Origin: Eledone cirrhosa
Taxonomy: Eukaryota
Direction of reading: 5' to 3'
Length of the DNA: 64,000 bases
Assembly: GCA_964016885.1 (NCBI GenBank)
Contig: OZ024743.1
Span: forward strand, 210,428,001-210,492,000
This document shows, in pieces, positions 61,111 through 64,000 of the stretch. A program made the position numbers and the translations under genes. The first letter of the stretch is position 1. Every line of letters begins with the position of its first letter. A model generated the notes under the pieces. That model had not been told where the DNA came from, ran no database searches, and saw only the letters and a program-made list of their open reading frames with translations.

Positions 61111-62090
61111 ATGAAAGCTCTTCACTCCATAAGATATACCACAGTTTACCATCCTATGGCCACGCATGAAAACTCTTCACTCCATAAGATATACCACAGT
61201 TTAACATCCTATAGCCACAGATGAAAGCTCTTCACTCCATAAGATATACTACAGTTTACCATCCTATAGCCAGATGAAAGCTCTTCACTCCATAAGATAT
61301 ACCACAGTTTACCATCCTATAGCCACAGATGAAAGCTCTTCACTCCATAATATATACCACAGTTTACCATCCTATAGCAAGATGAAAGCTCTTCACTCCA
61401 TAAGATATACCACAGTTTACCATCCTATAGCCAGACATGAAAGCTCTTCACTCCATAAGATATACCACAGTTTACCATCCTATAGCCACACATGAAAGCT
61501 CTTTACTCCATAGGATATACCACAGTTTACCATCCTATAGCCACACATGAAAGCTCTTCACTCCATAACCATAGTTTACCATTCTATAGCCACACATGAA
61601 AGCTCTTCACTCCATAAGATATACCACAGTTTACCATCCTATAGCCACAGATCAAAGCTCTTTACACCATGAGATATACCACAGTTTACCATCCTATAGC
61701 CAGATGAAAGCTCTTCACTCCATAAGATATACCACAGATTACCATCCTATCTCCACAGATGAAAGCTCTTCAGTCCATAAGATATACCACAGTTTACCAT
61801 CCTATGGCCACACATGAAAGCTCTTCACCCATAAGATATACCACAGTTTACCATCCTCTCGCAAGATGAAAGCTCTTCACTCCATAGGATATACCACAGT
61901 TTACCATCCTATAGCCACACATGAAAGCTCGTCACTCCATAAGATATACCACAGTTTACTATCCTATTGCCAGATGAAAACTCTTCACTCCATAAGATAT
62001 AGCAGTTTACCATCCTATAGCCACAGATGAAAGCTCTTCACTCCATAAGATATACCACAGTTTACCACCCTATAGCCAGATGAAAGCTCT
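58999..62090. repeat. Tandem duplication of a 1568-bp unit (about 29 monomers)
   Basis: ORF pairs 59219/60787, 59435/61003, 59706/61274 and 60028/61596 are offset by 1568, as is 56238/57806. Confidence 0.88.
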
Positions 62091-64000
62091 TCACTCCATA
62101 AGATATACCAGTTTACCATCCTATAGCCACAGATGAAAGCTCTTCACTCCACAAGATATACCACAGTTCACCACCCTATAGCCAGATGAAAGCTCTTCAC
62201 TCCATAAGATATACCACAGTTTACCATCCTATAGCCACACATGAAAGCTCTTCACTCCATAAGATATACCACAGTTTACCATCATATAGCCACAGATGAA
62301 TGCACATCACTCCATAAGATATACCACAGTTTACCATCCTATAGCCACAGATGAAAGCTCTTCACCCCATAAGTTATACCACAGTTTACCATTCTATATC
62401 CAGATGAAAGCTCTTCACTCCATAAGATATACCACAGTTTACCATCCTATAGCCACACATGAAAGCTCTTCACTCCATAAGATATACCACAGTTTACCAT
62501 CCTATAGCGAGATGAAAGCTCTTCACCCCATAAGATATACCACAGTTTACCATCCTGTAGCAAGATTAAAGCTCTTCACTCCATAAGATATACCACAGTT
62601 TACCATCCTATAGCCACACATGAAAGATCTTCACTGCATAAGATATACCACAGTTTACCATCCTATAGCCACACATGAAAGCTCTTCACTCCATAAGATA
62701 TACCACAGTTTACCATCCTATAGCCAGATGAAAGCTCTTCACTCCATAAGATATACCACAGTTTACCATCCTATGGCCACGCATGAAAACTCTTCACTCC
62801 ATAAGATATACCACAGTTTAACATCCTATAGCCACAGATGAAAGCTCTTCACTCCATAAGATATACTACAGTTTACCATCCTATAGCCAGATGAAAGCTC
62901 TTCACTCCATAAGATATACCACAGTTTACCATCCTATAGCCACAGATGAAAGCTCTTCACTCCATAATATATACCACAGTTTACCATCCTATAGCAAGAT
63001 GAAAGCTCTTCACTCCATAAGATATACCACAGTTTACCATCCTATAGCCAGACATGAAAGCTCTTCACTCCATAAGATATACCACAGTTTACCATCCTAT
63101 AGCCACAGATGAAATCTCTTCACTCCATAAGATATACCACAATTTACCATCCTATGGCCACACATGAAAGCTCTTCACTCCATAGGATATACCACAGTTT
63201 ACCATCCTATAGCCAGATGAAATCTCTTCACTCCATAAGATATATCACAGTTTACCTCCTATAGCCACAGATGAAAGCTCTTCACTCCATAAGATATACC
63301 ACAGTTTACTATCCTATGGCCACAAATGAAAGCTCTTCACTCCATAAGATATACCACAGTTTACCATCCTATAGCCACACATGAAAGCTCTTCACTCCAT
63401 AAGAATTACCACAGTTTACCATTCTATGTCCACACATGAAAGCTCTTCAGCCCATAAGATATACCACAGTTTACCATCCTAATGGCTACCCATGAAAGCT
63501 CTTCACTCCATAAGATATACCACAGTTTACCATCCTATAGCCACAGATGAACGCTCTTCACTCCATAAGATATACCACAGTTTACCATCCTATAGCCACA
63601 GATGAAAGCTCTTCACTCCATAAGATATACCACAGTTTACCATCCTATAGCGAGATGAAAGCTCTTCACCCCATAAGATATACCACAGTTTACCATCCTG
63701 TAGCAAGATTAAAGCTCTTCACTCCATAAGATATACCACAGTTTACCATCCTATAGCCACACATGAAAGATCTTCACTGCATAAGATATACCACAGTTTA
63801 CCATCCTATAGCCACACATGAAAGCTCTTCACTCCATAAGATATACCACAGTTTACCATCCTATAGCCAGATGAAAGCTCTTCACTCCATAAGATATACC
63901 ACAGTTTACCATCCTATGGCCACGAATGAAAACTCTTCACTCCATAAGATATACCACAGTTTAACATCCTATAGCCACAGATGAAAGCTCTTCACTCCAT

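Larger units (their letters stand above)
1..64000. repeat. Tandem satellite DNA array, 55-bp monomer with a common 53-bp variant, about 1,170-1,180 copies, open at both window ends
   Basis: ATGAAAGCTCTTCACTCCATAAGATATACCACAGTTTACCATCCTATAGCCACAG or a close variant recurs head-to-tail from base 1 to base 64000 with no spacers. Most monomers differ from consensus by 0-4 bases. Copy number is estimated as 64000 divided by ~54.4. Confidence 0.99.

Noticed and set aside
1-63984. The many 60-115 aa plus-strand ORFs (MKALHSIRYTTVYHPIAT.. / ESSSLHKIYHSLPSYS..) as a peptide gene family or repeat protein
   Set aside because: Each monomer begins with ATG and two of three frames are open. A 55+53 = 108 bp pair preserves frame, so ORFs of these lengths arise automatically and end when the third frame (TGA, TAA, TAG) is reached. 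The same DNA is read in different frames, indels are not frame-preserving, and no flanking gene structure exists. Any database hits would probably be mispredictions from the same satellite.
1-64000. CRISPR array, suggested by the 55-bp period and a partly palindromic segment
   Set aside because: There are no unique spacers; the entire unit is repeated. No leader or cas genes are present.
1-64000. Tandem tRNA, 5S, spliced-leader or other small RNA gene array
   Set aside because: The unit is too short for tRNA or 5S, shows no cloverleaf, Pol III A/B boxes or consensus T4+ terminator, and resembles no RNA family I recognise. Transcription of the satellite itself is not excluded.
1-64000. Embedded transposon, inversion or unique island
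   Set aside because: I found no departure from the monomer longer than a few bases and no reverse-orientation monomers when reading through the window.
1-64000. Variant order as an encoded message or a programmed diversification cassette system
   Set aside because: The variant order is explained by nested duplication and deletion. There is no recombinase, reverse transcriptase, expression site or target locus in the window.

Overview
The whole 64 kb window is one uninterrupted head-to-tail tandem satellite array with every monomer in the same orientation. The consensus monomer is 55 bp (ATGAAAGCTCTTCACTCCATAAGATATACCACAGTTTACCATCCTATAGCCACA[G/C], about 40% GC, no CpG). A frequent 53-bp form lacks one CA (...TATAGCCAG). 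At about 54.4 bp per unit there are roughly 1,170-1,180 monomers. I see no unique sequence, transposon insertion, inversion, RNA gene, CRISPR array or credible protein-coding gene; the ORF track is a by-product of the repeat. The structure lies in the order of variant monomers, which shows nested in-register duplications from 1 monomer up to about 18 kb (162, 1192, 1251, 1568, 1789, 2389, 2981, ~3000, 8695 and ~18,000 bp), recurring multi-monomer modules, chimeric monomers at breakpoints and a left-to-right turnover of variants. This fits an actively expanding eukaryotic satellite (centromeric, pericentromeric or subtelomeric, by inference). I cannot assign the organism or a named satellite family from the sequence alone. 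Block boundaries were read by eye and from ORF-track offsets and are accurate to about one monomer.
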